A stretch of 64,000 nucleotides of DNA from an uncultured delta proteobacterium (GTDB lineage Bacteria; Desulfobacterota; Desulfobacteria; Desulfobacterales; JAHEIW01). Position 1 is the stretch's first letter. The number at the start of each line of letters is the position of its first letter. The stretch is taken from the NCBI GenBank assembly GCA_963706575.1, contig CAVPNL010000006.1, positions 1 to 64,000 of the forward strand, given 5' to 3'. The notes below the pieces were generated by a model. It saw only the letters and a program-made list of their open reading frames with translations, made no database searches and was not told the DNA's origin. A program made the position numbers and the translations under genes. Below, piece by piece: positions 1-10,861 of this stretch.

Positions 1-32
1 GTTTAGATCACTTTAGGCATTTTAGGCACTTT
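1..32. repeat. Right arm of a CTTTAG(G/T)CA 9-10-mer repeat element (truncated by window start)
   Basis: tttagatcactttaggcattttaggcacttt closely matches the right arm at 9531-9572. Confidence 0.6.
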
Positions 33-92
33 TTTTAAGAAGCTTCTAACCCGGTTACGAGTGCTGAGTGCCTCGTACCGTCGGCGGACGTT

Positions 93-2608
93 ATGAATTT
101 GAAAACAATCGAAGATATGTTGCCTCTGGTTGAAAAACCCAGCCGCTATCTGGGGGGCGAAATCAATCAGATTAAAAAGGATCTGGAGCGGGTTAAACTG
201 CGGTTTGCGCTGGCTTTTCCGGATCTTTACGAAATCGGGACCTCCCATTTCGGGCTGCAGATTCTGTATCATATTTTAAACGGCCATCCGGACATTGCCG
301 CCGAGCGGGTCTTTGCACCCGGAATGGATATGGACCGACATCTGCGCGCGCAGCGGGCTGCGTTTATGTTCTCTGGAATCCCGTACTGCCCCTTGTCGGC
401 TTTGATATTATCGGGTTCAGCCTGCTCTATGAACTGAACTATACCAATGTCCTGAAGCATGCTCGATCTGGCCGGCATTCCGTTTTATGCCGCCCGAGCG
501 GGACGAACTTCTCACCCGTTGATTATCGCCGGCGGCCCCTGCACCTGCAACCCGGAGCCGGTGGCGGATTTTTTTGACGCCATTGTGATCGGCGACGGCG
601 AAAAGGTCATCCTGCGAGCTGGCCGAGGGCTGGCTCGCATGGAAAAAGGACAGCGGCAGCGATAAAGCGGCCTTAAAGCGCTGGGCCGAAATCGAAGGTG
701 TTTATGTCCCCTCTTTTTTGAGCCGCAATATGATGCCGACGCGGTTTCCAGACACCTGCAGCCGCGTATCCGGACTATACACAGGTCCGACCGCGGCGCT
801 CGTGGCCGATCTGGATAGGCAGCCTTTTCCGGATACACCGATCGTCCCCTTACGGCAGACCGGTGCATGATCGGCTGCGACTGGAGGTTGCCCGGGGCTG
901 CACCCGCGGGTGCCGGTTCTGTCAGGCCGGCATGATCTACCGGCCGGTGCGGGAACGCTCGCCCGACTCACTGCTCGCCCTGGCTGAAAATGCCCTACTG
1001 CCACCGGATATGAAGATATTTCCCTGCTGTCCCTAAGCACCGGCGATTACGGCTGTATCGTGCCGTTGATGTCGCGGTTGATGTCGACTATGCAGCCGAG
1101 ACATGTCGCGGTATCGCTGCCGTCCCTGCGGGCCGGGACCCTCACACCGGAGCTGATGAAGCTGATCAAGACGGTGCGCAAAACCGGGTTTACCATTGCA
1201 CCCGAAGCCGGCAGCCAGCGGCTGCGGGACGTGATCAACAAAAATATCACGCGAAGCAGACATTGATGCGACGGTCCAAGACGCCTTTGACCTGGGGTGG
1301 CAGGTCGATCAAGCTCTACTTTATGATCGGGCTTCCCACCGAAACCGTCGAGGACTTAAGGGCCCTGGTGGATCTGGTAAAGCGCTGCGGCAAATCAAAG
1401 GCCCCACGGGACGCCGGGGAAAGATCAATGTCAGCGTGGCCACCTTTATTCCCAAAGCGCACACCCCTTTTCAATGGGCCTCCCAGCTGTCGCTGGCCGA
1501 ATCCGAAGATCGCTTGAGGCGGGTTAAGGACGCGCTCAGATTCTCCGGCGTTCAATTCAAATGGCAGAACCCGAAAGTCAGCTGGCTGGAAGGGGTTTGG
1601 GCCCGCGGCGATCGAAGGCTGAGCCGTCTGCTGGTAACCGCCTATCATAAAGGTTGCCGGTTTGACGGCTGGAGTGATTGGTTTCGATATGACCTGTGGG
1701 CAGCGGCCCTTGCCGAAGAAGGACTGGATCCTGAATTTTATACGCTGCGGCCGAGAGATGTCTGTGAGCCGTTGCCCTGGGACCATATCGACACCCAGGT
1801 GACCAAAGCGTTTTTAGCCGCTGAATGGAAAAACGCAACCCGGGAAGCCTTTACAGCGGATTGCCGGGTTGATGACTGCAACCAGTGCGGTGTCTGCGAT
1901 TTTGAACAAATCGAGCCCCGAACCCACGCCGCATTAAAAGACAATGCCGTTGGGCTGAACCGATCCGATGCTCCGAAGCCATCGGCTTTTAAGAAATTCA
2001 CTGTTTTTTACAGCAAGCTGGACGAAGCCCGGTATTTCGGGCATCTTGAACTGGTCAACATTTTCCAGCGAGCCTTAAAACGGGCCGGAATTGCGGTTCG
2101 GTTTTCAGAGGGATTTCACCCCAAGCCCAAAATCTCCTTTGATGACCCCCTGCCGGTGGGAATTGAGAGCCAGCAGGAACGCTTTATGATAACCGTACCG
2201 GATACCATTTGCCCCCGGGACGTCAAGGCCGCCTTAAACGCTCAATTGCCCGCCGGGCTTAAAATCATCCATTGTCAATTAGTCTCCAAAAAGGCGCCGG
2301 CACCCCTCAATAAACGCGTCCGCTACCGGGTTGCCCTTAAAGAAGCGCTTTTCGATAAAACCCGGCTAAACGATTTCAACCGGAGGCCGGATTTTTACAT
2401 TACGCTCACCCAGCAAAAAGGGAAGTTGAAAAAGTTAGATTTAAAAGATATTGTAGTAAACAGTGAATTGTTCGACTCGCGTCATCTGGAGTTGACGCTT
2501 CAATCCGAGCCGGGAAAATCCGTGCGGCCGTTTGATGTCCTGCGCCACATATTCGAATTAAGTGACGCACAGGTCAAACAGGCCACTATTTTAAAGCTAA
2601 GCACATAG
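93..2608 (+). CDS. B12-binding radical SAM protein (TIGR03960-like) fused to C-terminal DUF2344/TIGR03936-like domain; reading frame broken by many indels in 93-1440
   Basis: Fragments in different frames give KPSRYLGGE, FALAFPDLYEIG, IAGGPCTCNPEP, RGCTRGCRFCQAG (CxxxCxxC, near 895-930), FTIAPEAGSQRLR, KLYFMIGLP, FIPKAHTPFQW and FSEGFHPKPKISF. Confidence 0.85.
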
Positions 2609-2680
2609 CGCATAGAGCAAAGCGGTTACTTTTTGCATATTCCATTAGCGGCATTTCTCGCTTTGCGCTCTGCGCTTTGC
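2603..2680. repeat. Heptamer (GCATAGN/GCAAAGC) inverted-repeat element
   Basis: Left arm acatagc-gcataga-gcaaagcg is approximately complementary to right arm cgctttgc-gctctgc-gctttgc. Confidence 0.75.
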
Positions 2681-2701
2681 GAAAAAGCGGAGCTTTTAAA
2701 A

Positions 2702-4240
2702 ATGTACAAACAGCTGGTCATCAATGTTTCGGATCATGAAACCCGGGTGGCGCTTTTAGAAGACGGCACCATCGTGGAATTATACGTGGATCGCGGGGAT
2801 GATTCGGATGTTGCCGGCAATATTTACAAAGGCAAAGTGTTGCGGGTATTGCCCGGCATGCAGGCGGCGTTTGTGGATATCGGTCTTAATCAGGCGGCAT
2901 TTATTTATGTGGATGATGTTTATACAAATGATATTGAGGAATATGAGCGCCTGTTTCAAATCGATGCTGAGGAGCCGCAAATAGAGCCCGAAAACAATCC
3001 GGAACTCGCGCGATACGAAAAGCGGCGCAGTTATCAGATTGAAGAGCTTATTTCAGAGGGCCAGGAGATATTGGCCCAGGTCGTCAAATCTCCCATCGGG
3101 ACCAAAGGGGCACGAATTTCTTCCTACGTTTCTTTGCCCGGCCGCTTCCTGGTGCTGATGCCCAAATCCGATCATATCGGCATTTCGCGACGAATCGAGG
3201 ATGAATCCGAACGCGAGCGCCTGCGAAATAGCGTCATGAATTTGCGCACCAATAACCATGGTTATATTGTGCGGACGGCTGCTGAGGGCGAGTCTGAAGA
3301 AAAGCTGGTTTCCGAAATGTCCTTTGTGAATAACCTGTGGGCCGACATCCAAAAAAAATATGAAAAAGCCCCCGCCCCGTCCAGACTGCATCAGGAGATT
3401 TCCGTGAGCCTGCGCGCAGTCAGAGATTTGCTGATCCATGAAGTCGAGAAACTGGTTATCGATTCCAAACCGACCTATGAAGCGGTTTTATCATTTCTGG
3501 ACACTTACATGCCCGGCTTAAAGGATCATGTGGTGCTCTACGACGGCGCCGAACCGGTTTTTGACGCCTACAACCTGGAAGGCGATATTTCCAGAGCGCT
3601 CAAACGCAAAGTCTGGTTGAAATCCGGCGGATATATTACCCTCGAGCACACCGAGGCCCTGGTAGCGATCGATGTCAACACCGGCCGCTATGTCGGCAAA
3701 CACAATCTGGAAGAAACGATTTTAAAAACCAATCTGGAGGCCGTCAAAGAGATTGCCTATCAAATCCGGTTGCGGGATCTTGGCGGCATTATCATTATCG
3801 ATTTTATCGATATGGATAAAAAGTCCAATCAGGAAAAGGTGTTTAATGCACTCCGGGAAGCATTGGAAAAAGACAAGAGCAAAACCCACGTGCTGCCGAT
3901 GTCGGAGATGGGGCTCATCCAGATGACCCGCAAACGCACCCGGGAACCGCTCACCCGGATTCTTTGCGAGCCCTGCTATTATTGCGATGGAGAAGGCTAT
4001 ATTATTTCTAAACAATCGATTTGTTACTTAATTTTCCGTGAAATTTTGCGGGAGTCCCAGGATATGAACGGCATCCGGCTGACATTAAGAGTTAATCCGC
4101 AGATTGCCGAGCTGTTGCACGGTGAAGAAAATCATTTGATAACGGCTCTGGAAAAAGTCATCGGCAAACAAATTGTCATATACCCCAACACCACTTATCA
4201 TATTGAAGAGTTCGATATATTTGAAATTCACCAGAAATGA
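2702..4240 (+). CDS. rng: Ribonuclease G (Rne/Rng family)
   Basis: GNIYKGKV..VLPGMQAAFVDIG, IDVNTG and LRDLGGIIIIDFIDM motifs; no long RNase E tail; GGAG precedes ATG 2702. Confidence 0.93.
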   Translation: MYKQLVINVSDHETRVALLEDGTIVELYVDRGDDSDVAGNIYKGKVLRVLPGMQAAFVDIGLNQAAFIYVDDVYTNDIEEYERLFQIDAEEPQIEPENNPELARYEKRRSYQIEELISEGQEILAQVVKSPIGTKGARISSYVSLPGRFLVLMPKSDHIGISRRIEDESERERLRNSVMNLRTNNHGYIVRTAAEGESEEKLVSEMSFVNNLWADIQKKYEKAPAPSRLHQEISVSLRAVRDLLIHEVEKLVIDSKPTYEAVLSFLDTYMPGLKDHVVLYDGAEPVFDAYNLEGDISRALKRKVWLKSGGYITLEHTEALVAIDVNTGRYVGKHNLEETILKTNLEAVKEIAYQIRLRDLGGIIIIDFIDMDKKSNQEKVFNALREALEKDKSKTHVLPMSEMGLIQMTRKRTREPLTRILCEPCYYCDGEGYIISKQSICYLIFREILRESQDMNGIRLTLRVNPQIAELLHGEENHLITALEKVIGKQIVIYPNTTYHIEEFDIFEIHQK

Positions 4241-4407
4241 AAAGTTTTTCTATATCAAATATTTGGCAAAATATTTGATCTTGACATGATTTCGAGCTTG
4301 TGATTTATATCATAAATTTCGGGCTTTGAACCTCCGGGTCGGATAATATGACAATTGGCACCCAAATGGAAGATATAAAATATTTAATGAAATAAGGGAC
4401 TTATAAT

Positions 4408-4542
4408 ATGAAGCGCACTTTTCAGCCCAGCAGGATCAAACGGGCCAGGAATCATGGATTTCGCAAACGGATGTCGTCCAAAGCAGGTCGCAGGATAATT
4501 AATCGGCGCCGGGCAAAGGGTAGGGCCCGCCTCGCCTGTTGA
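4408..4542 (+). CDS. rpmH: 50S ribosomal protein L34 (not in ORF track, 44 aa)
   Basis: Manual translation [44 protein letters not shown]; lies directly upstream of rnpA. Confidence 0.97.
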   Translation: MKRTFQPSRIKRARNHGFRKRMSSKAGRRIINRRRAKGRARLAC

Positions 4543-4619
4543 AACAGTCGGGCAAGCGAACTGGCTGATGCGTAAAGCGTAACGCCAAATGCGCAACGGA
4601 TAACGGGTCACGGACCATA

Positions 4620-4970
4620 ATGCGCTTTTCCTTTAAAAAGGAAGATCGAATCCTAAAACGATCGGAATTTCTCGAACTCACCCGATCCGGACGCAAGCTG
4701 CAAAACGACTGTTTTATCGCTTTTTTTAAACCTGGCCGATGCGACAGGCCAAGGCTGGGCATAACGGTTACACGAAAGGTCGGAAAAGCTGCACAAAGAA
4801 ACCAAATTAAACGGTTGGTAAGGGAATACTTTCGATTAAACAGGCAGCATCTAAATCAAAACTGGGATATTAACATCGTAGCCAAAAAAAAGGCCGCAGA
4901 CCTTTCATCTGAGAAGGTAGATTCATTCCTTCAAGATTTGTTTGAAAAGATTTCGAATTGTGTTGATTAA
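4620..4970 (+). CDS. rnpA: Ribonuclease P protein component
   Basis: [25 protein letters not shown] (RNR motif); synteny. Confidence 0.95.
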   Translation: MRFSFKKEDRILKRSEFLELTRSGRKLQNDCFIAFFKPGRCDRPRLGITVTRKVGKAAQRNQIKRLVREYFRLNRQHLNQNWDINIVAKKKAADLSSEKVDSFLQDLFEKISNCVD

Positions 4971-5211
4971 AAAGATTATATCGATATTGATGTTAGCATC
5001 GATCAGGGCCTATCAATATACATTATCTCCGATACTAGGCCGCTCTTGCCGTTTTTATCCAACCTGTTCGAATTATGCCTATCAGGCAATCAGACAGCAC
5101 GGTCCTCTAAAAGGCCTGTTTCTGGCCGTCAAGCGATTATTGCGATGTCATCCCTTTCATCCTGGTGGTGTTGATCCGGTTCCCTATCCTGCGCATAACA
5201 AACCAGATTAA
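4960..5211 (+). CDS. yidD: Membrane protein insertion efficiency factor
   Basis: [17 protein letters not shown] and [14 protein letters not shown] motifs; start codon approximate. Confidence 0.93.
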   Translation: MLIKKIISILMLASIRAYQYTLSPILGRSCRFYPTCSNYAYQAIRQHGPLKGLFLAVKRLLRCHPFHPGGVDPVPYPAHNKPD

Positions 5212-5366
5212 CGAGTTTAGCATGTGTAATAGTAAATGGTTAAAGGCGCAGAAACTGCTCCCCCAGCCAAGTCCCCAGACCACTAGCCTGTTTAATTTCG
5301 AAAAAAAGACTTCTTTTTAGCATAAAGAAAGAGGATACGTAATTTACCTGAAATTAGGAGAACTGA

Positions 5367-7034
5367 ATGGAACAATCGCGATTGTTAATAGCCATCGTCC
5401 TCTCGCTCGCTATATTTTTGGCATGGCAATTTTTTTTCAGCCCTGATGAAGCCGAGCGCCGTCAGGCAAAAAAGGTTGAATCCCCTGCGGTAGAAGAAAA
5501 ACAGGCGGTTAAGGATACTGAAAAGCCTTACAAAGAAGCGATTGAAAAACCGGCGCCTGCTGTAGAATCCTCGGTCGAAGAGACCCCGCTTCAGCAAGCA
5601 GCGACCATCACCGTCGATACCCCGCTTTATCAGGCCAAGATTTCTGAGAATGGGGCCGTATTTTACAGCTTTCTCCTTAAAAACTACCGTGAAAAAGTTC
5701 AAAAGGATGCACCCTTTAAACAAATTCTGACCGGCGATGAAACCTTTGGCGTCGGCCGGCTGGGATTTACCGGCAAGAGTATTGCCGGGCTGGATAAAGC
5801 GGTATTTACTGCCAACCTGCCTTCCAGACAGCTGAATGTCAATGACAGCCACCGGGACCTTACTTTTTTGTGGCGCTCACAGGATGGAATGGTCATCGAA
5901 AAAACCTATAAATTTGCACCGGATACCTATGCGATCGGTCTGGAGGTCATCATTAAAAATGGATCCGGACGCGCCATCCAGGATAAACTCTTTGTGGCCT
6001 TATACAGCAAAGCCCCGGGTGATAAGCGAATGTATGCTTTTGAAGGGCCCAGCGCGCTGATTAACGACGAACTGGAAGAAATCAAGACTAAAAAGCTTAA
6101 AGACCAGGATACATTTGACGGCAAAATCAAATGGGTGACCTTGCAGAGCCGCTATTTTATGTCCGGCCTCATACCCGACCAGATCGAAGAGGCCAGCCTG
6201 CATCTGGCTTTAGAATCCGATAAATTTATAGCCGCCCGATACCGGCAGCCGGAAAAATCGATTCAGCCCGGGACTCAGTACACTTATAAATACCAGCTTT
6301 TTATGGGTCCCAAAAGGATACAGGAACTCAGAAATGTCGGCAATGATCTGCAAAAAGTCGTTAATTTCGGCTGGTTTGATATTATTGCCAAGCCTTGCCT
6401 GTGGCTGATGAACTTATTTTACAGCGTCATCCCCAATTACGGGGTGGCCATTATCATTTTAACGATACTGGTGAAACTCCTTTTATGGCCGTTGGGGCAA
6501 AAAAGCTACAAATCGATGAGCGAAATGAAAAAAATCCAGCCGCTGATGAAAGATATCCGCGAAAAATACAAAGACGACAAACAGCGGATGAACCAGGAGG
6601 TCATGGGGCTGTATCGCACCTATAAGATTAATCCGCTGGGCGGCTGTCTTCCGATGGTGGTACAGCTGCCGGTCTTTTTTGCGCTCTACCGCATGCTTTA
6701 TGAGGCCATCGAACTGCGGCATGCGCCGTTTTTTCTGTGGATTGACGACCTGGCGGCACCGGATCGCCTGTTCCGCTTTGATTTTTCGATACCTTTTATG
6801 GAACCGCCATACGGAATACCGGTGCTTACCATTGTCATGGGTGCCAGCATGCTGCTGCAGCAAAAAATGTCACCCCCCATGGGAGACGCCACCCAGGCGA
6901 AGATGATGATGTTTATGCCCATTATTTTTACGGTTATTTTTATTAATTTTTCATCGGGCCTGGTTTTATACTGGCTGGTGAACAACATTTTATCGATTGC
7001 TCAGCAATATTATACCCAGAAGAAATACTCGTAA
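5367..7034 (+). CDS. yidC: Membrane protein insertase YidC
   Basis: N-terminal TM, periplasmic domain, GGCLPMVVQLPVF, GLVLYWLVNN. Confidence 0.96.
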   Translation: MEQSRLLIAIVLSLAIFLAWQFFFSPDEAERRQAKKVESPAVEEKQAVKDTEKPYKEAIEKPAPAVESSVEETPLQQAATITVDTPLYQAKISENGAVFYSFLLKNYREKVQKDAPFKQILTGDETFGVGRLGFTGKSIAGLDKAVFTANLPSRQLNVNDSHRDLTFLWRSQDGMVIEKTYKFAPDTYAIGLEVIIKNGSGRAIQDKLFVALYSKAPGDKRMYAFEGPSALINDELEEIKTKKLKDQDTFDGKIKWVTLQSRYFMSGLIPDQIEEASLHLALESDKFIAARYRQPEKSIQPGTQYTYKYQLFMGPKRIQELRNVGNDLQKVVNFGWFDIIAKPCLWLMNLFYSVIPNYGVAIIILTILVKLLLWPLGQKSYKSMSEMKKIQPLMKDIREKYKDDKQRMNQEVMGLYRTYKINPLGGCLPMVVQLPVFFALYRMLYEAIELRHAPFFLWIDDLAAPDRLFRFDFSIPFMEPPYGIPVLTIVMGASMLLQQKMSPPMGDATQAKMMMFMPIIFTVIFINFSSGLVLYWLVNNILSIAQQYYTQKKYS

Positions 7035-7049
7035 TTACGGAGGTTTTAC

Positions 7050-7862
7050 ATGTCGGCCCTGCTGGAATTCAAAGCAAAAAACGTTGACAAGGCCGTCGAG
7101 AAGGCCAGCGCCGAACTCAAGATGCCCAAAAAAGAGATAAAATACGAGGTGCTGTCCTATGGGTCCAGCGGCATTTTCGGTCTATCCGGCACCAAAAAAG
7201 CAAAAATTCGGGTAAAGTTACCCGAGGATTCGCCGGATAAGAAGCCGCCAGCGGAAACCGCTGAATTCAATACCGAAGCACCGCCTGCGCATGACGCTTC
7301 CAACCGATCCGAAGCAACAGATGCCATGGTTATAGACGACGAAAATGGGGTTGTTAAAGAAAACTCAGAAGGCCAACCGCTTTATTCATTCCCCGATGAT
7401 GCCGCGGAAAGTGGCCGACTGGTTCTGCAACGAATTGTAGACACCATCACGGCAGATGCTGAAATTTCGGTTGAAGAGAATGCGGAGCGCCTATGTTTTA
7501 GCGTCAATGGTGGAAATGCGGGTATTTTGATCGGCAAACGCGGCCAAACCCTGGATGCCATTCAGACCATTATTGAAAAAGTTGTCAACAAACGCAATCA
7601 AAACCGAATTCGGGTTCTGGTGGATATCGAAGGCTATCTAGAAACCCGCAAAGAAAATCTGGAAAATATGGCCCTGCGGTTAGCCGAAAAATCAAAGAAA
7701 ATCGGAAAACCCATATCCCTCGGACAGATGAATGCCTATGATCGTAGAATCGTTCATGTGGCACTCAAGGATTTTCCCGAAGTGCTAACCCGCAGCCGAG
7801 GGGAAGGTCGTTTGCGAAAGCTTGTGATATTTCCCAAAAAGCGAACTTATTCCAAAAGATAA
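7050..7862 (+). CDS. jag: RNA-binding protein Jag/EloR/KhpB (Jag_N, KH, R3H)
   Basis: LIGKRGQTLDAIQ KH motif; DRRIVH R3H motif; synteny. Confidence 0.92.
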   Translation: MSALLEFKAKNVDKAVEKASAELKMPKKEIKYEVLSYGSSGIFGLSGTKKAKIRVKLPEDSPDKKPPAETAEFNTEAPPAHDASNRSEATDAMVIDDENGVVKENSEGQPLYSFPDDAAESGRLVLQRIVDTITADAEISVEENAERLCFSVNGGNAGILIGKRGQTLDAIQTIIEKVVNKRNQNRIRVLVDIEGYLETRKENLENMALRLAEKSKKIGKPISLGQMNAYDRRIVHVALKDFPEVLTRSRGEGRLRKLVIFPKKRTYSKR

Positions 7863-7977
7863 CTTTTACCTCCTGATCTGTCTTCTTGCGGCTAAATTGA
7901 TTCCTGAAATCGATTGACGGTTTATAGAAAACCGGCATCATGTCAAATACCGGGTCTCCATCTTATTTTTTGATCAA

Positions 7978-9417
7978 ATGACACCTAACTCAGATACCAT
8001 TGCAGCCATTGCCACATCCGGCGGAAAAGGCGGGATCGGCATTGTTAAAATATCCGGTTTAAATGCGTTTGCGGTCGCAAGGGCTATTTTCAGGCCGATT
8101 GAAAGGCCTCAAGATTTAAATGCCGTCACCCTTTCGGCGCATCAGAGCAAGGGGCACAAAGCATTTGAATTTGAGTCCCACCGGCTTTACTATGGTCACA
8201 TCTTTGACCCGGAAAACGGCGGATTGCTGGATGAAGTGTTGCTTTCGGCGATGAAGGCCCCGCAGACCTATACACGCGAAGATGTCGTAGAGATTAACGC
8301 TCACGGCGGGGCTGTGGTTTTATATGCCATTTTGCAGCTTGTTTTAAAAAAGGGTGCGCGCTTGGCCGAGCCGGGTGAATTCACCCAGCGGGCATTTACT
8401 AACGGGCGCATTGACCTTACTCAGGCCGAAGCGGTCATCGATGTCATCAATGCCCGTACCCAAAAAAGTTTGCAACTGGCGGCTGCCCAGGTAAGCGGGA
8501 AACTGCGCAAGCAGATGACCTCAATCAGAGACGGATTGGTCGATCTCTTAACCCGGATTGAAGCTGCAATCGACTTTCCGGATGATGTCGCAGAATTCAT
8601 CCAAACCGAAGACACGCTGAAATCACTTCAAAGAGAAGTGCTGGAACCGCTAAAGAGATTGATCCGAAATTATGTGGACGCGCATGTTTTTCGAGACGGG
8701 CTTGCCGTTGCGGTGGTCGGCCGGCCCAATGTAGGCAAATCCAGCTTGCTCAACCAGCTGGTCCAAAAGGATCGCGCCATTGTGACCGATGTGCCGGGAA
8801 CGACCCGGGATGTGATCGAAGAAACGCTAAATCTTGAAGGCATACCGGTTGTCATCAGTGATACAGCCGGTGTTCATCGCACTGACAACCCTGTTGAAAA
8901 GATCGGAATTGAAAAAACACTCGAGCACGTTAACGGGTCTGATCTGGTGCTTTTTATGATTGAAGCCAACCGCCCGTTGGGCCCTGAAGATCATCTTATT
9001 TACGACCAGATCAATTCAAAACCCAAAATCATCGTTCTCAATAAAATCGATCTCATCCAGGAGAGCAACGAAACAGTCCTTCCGGTCAACTGGCGTTTTG
9101 ATGACAAGGTGCGCATTTCGGCCTTATATGACCAGGGGATTGATCAGCTTAAAGACAAAGTTGTTAAAATGGCCGGAGGCCAGAATCCCCTTGATTTTAG
9201 CGGGGTGATTGTCCCCAATTTAAGGCACAAGCTGCTGCTTGAAACCAGCCTCGATGCGGCGGAATCCGTGATTGAACAGCTGCAAAACGGAACCTCCTGC
9301 GATCTGGTGGCCATCCATCTTCAGGAGGCCATCGATGCCTTGGGGATCATCAGTGGCGATAATGTGAAAGTGGATGTGTTGAATGAGATTTTCAGCCGGT
9401 TTTGTGTCGGGAAATAG
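7978..9417 (+). CDS. mnmE: tRNA modification GTPase MnmE/TrmE
   Basis: DTIAAIAT, GRPNVGKSS, GTTRD, DTAG, NKID and the C-terminal FCVGK. Confidence 0.97.
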   Translation: MTPNSDTIAAIATSGGKGGIGIVKISGLNAFAVARAIFRPIERPQDLNAVTLSAHQSKGHKAFEFESHRLYYGHIFDPENGGLLDEVLLSAMKAPQTYTREDVVEINAHGGAVVLYAILQLVLKKGARLAEPGEFTQRAFTNGRIDLTQAEAVIDVINARTQKSLQLAAAQVSGKLRKQMTSIRDGLVDLLTRIEAAIDFPDDVAEFIQTEDTLKSLQREVLEPLKRLIRNYVDAHVFRDGLAVAVVGRPNVGKSSLLNQLVQKDRAIVTDVPGTTRDVIEETLNLEGIPVVISDTAGVHRTDNPVEKIGIEKTLEHVNGSDLVLFMIEANRPLGPEDHLIYDQINSKPKIIVLNKIDLIQESNETVLPVNWRFDDKVRISALYDQGIDQLKDKVVKMAGGQNPLDFSGVIVPNLRHKLLLETSLDAAESVIEQLQNGTSCDLVAIHLQEAIDALGIISGDNVKVDVLNEIFSRFCVGK

Positions 9418-9421
9418 TTAA

Positions 9422-9437
9422 TGTTTCACGTGAAACA
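9422..9437. promoter_or_regulatory. parS: parS centromere-like site (ParB binding)
   Basis: Exact TGTTTCACGTGAAACA consensus palindrome just after the mnmE stop. Confidence 0.9.
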
Positions 9438-9442
9438 TTTGC

Positions 9443-9572
9443 AAATGACTAAAGTGAACTAAAGTTTGAAGTGCCTAAAGTTTATGTGTCGCTGCGCTCC
9501 ATCTTTTTTATAAAAATGATAGAATTCCTCAACTTTAGTCACTTTAGCTCATTTTAGGCAATTTAGGCATTT
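9443..9572. repeat. 9-10-mer tandem-repeat inverted element
   Basis: Left arm aaatgactaaagtgaactaaagt...gtgcctaaagtt versus right arm aactttagtcactttagctcattttaggcaatttaggcattt. Confidence 0.7.
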
Positions 9573-9646
9573 GTTTCATAATTGGCTAACCGCCCATTTA
9601 AATTTATTAACTGTGATTGCAAAAGTGATAGGAGATACCCGACAAC

Positions 9647-10348
9647 ATGGATTTTGATTTTACACCATATTTTAAGAAATATGAAGCGCTGGTTTCTAAG
9701 GCGGATGCTGCATTTGAGCGCGTCAAACAGGCGCATGCGGACTGTGTGAAGTGTAAGGAAAAATGTACGGACTGCTGTTACGCGCTGTTTGACTTAACAC
9801 TGATTGAAGCCCTTTATATCAATCATAAATTTAATGAGAAAATCAGGGGAAGCGGGAAAGCCGAGCTGTTGGAAAAAGCAAACGAGGCGGACCGCAGGGT
9901 TCACAAGCTCAAACGCCAGGCCTATAAAGATTTTCAGGCCGGCAAAAGCGAAGGCGAGATTCTTGCCGACCTGGCGCGGGAACGCATCCGTTGTCCCCTT
10001 TTAAACCAGACCGATCTGTGTGATCTTTACGACAACCGTCCGCTTACCTGTCGCTTCTATGGCATACCGACAGCCATTGGTGGTGAGGGTCATACCTGTG
10101 GAAAATCCGGTTTTGAAAAAGGCGAGCAGTACCCGACTGTGAATCTGGATGCAGTATACCATCAGCTCCAGCTAGTATCGGCAGAATTGGTTCGGGATCT
10201 TAAGTCCAGATATTTGAAACTGTCGGATATGCTGATACCGTTGTCCATGGCCCTGCTTACCACTTACGATGATGATTATCTTGGAGTGGGGGAGGAAAAG
10301 CACCCAGAACCGACTTCTGCTAAAAAACATCGAAAGAGAACCCGATGA
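9647..10348 (+). CDS. YkgJ-family (CxxCxxCC) cysteine-cluster protein
   Basis: CKEKCTDCC...CPLL....CDLYDNRPLTCRFYG. Confidence 0.8.
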   Translation: MDFDFTPYFKKYEALVSKADAAFERVKQAHADCVKCKEKCTDCCYALFDLTLIEALYINHKFNEKIRGSGKAELLEKANEADRRVHKLKRQAYKDFQAGKSEGEILADLARERIRCPLLNQTDLCDLYDNRPLTCRFYGIPTAIGGEGHTCGKSGFEKGEQYPTVNLDAVYHQLQLVSAELVRDLKSRYLKLSDMLIPLSMALLTTYDDDYLGVGEEKHPEPTSAKKHRKRTR

Positions 10349-10695
10349 ACGAATTTTCTCCTGAAGAAGCCGAAAAACGAAAACAGGCTGTTTTCGATAG
10401 TATGTCGCCCCGTCGCCAAAAGCATATCTTAAAAAAGGGCTATGATAAATGGGACCCGTTTGAGGAACCCAAAGATCCGATTGACATCCGCAAAGATAAA
10501 ACCAAACGGACCACCCAGACGCTGGTCAGGGAGTTTTTGCAATCCCGCAGTTCCGATGAATACAGTAATTCCTATGGACGCGGGGTACTTGAAATCGCTC
10601 TCGGCATCGTCAACGAAGACGATTATTTTCGGGGAATGTACGAATTTTCCTGCTGGTACCGCGACTTGCTGAAAAAAGAAGGGACGGGCATATAA
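10345..10695 (+). CDS. Hypothetical protein, translationally coupled to the upstream gene
   Basis: ATGA start/stop overlap; protein-like composition. Confidence 0.7.
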   Translation: MNEFSPEEAEKRKQAVFDSMSPRRQKHILKKGYDKWDPFEEPKDPIDIRKDKTKRTTQTLVREFLQSRSSDEYSNSYGRGVLEIALGIVNEDDYFRGMYEFSCWYRDLLKKEGTGI

Positions 10696-10699
10696 AAAA

Positions 10700-10796
10700 G
10701 CATAGGGCAAGGGGCATAGCGCATAGGGTAAAAGATGACTTTGACTGACCGGATGATGCGTTTTTTACGCTATGCCCTTTGCGCTCTGCTCTATGC
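10700..10796. repeat. Heptamer (GCATAGN) inverted-repeat element
   Basis: gcatagg-gcaaggg-gcatagc-gcatagg-gtaaaa ... ttttac-gctatgc-cctttgc-gctctgc-tctatgc. Confidence 0.8.
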
Positions 10797-10861
10797 TGCA
10801 GGTTATTCACCCTTAGGTTTTTCCACAGAATTCAAACAGATATTGGATCGGTAATTATGAC

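Noticed and set aside
4531..4560. Sec read-through at the rpmH Cys-TGA end
   Set aside because: L34 is already full length at 44 aa, so TGA is the normal stop.
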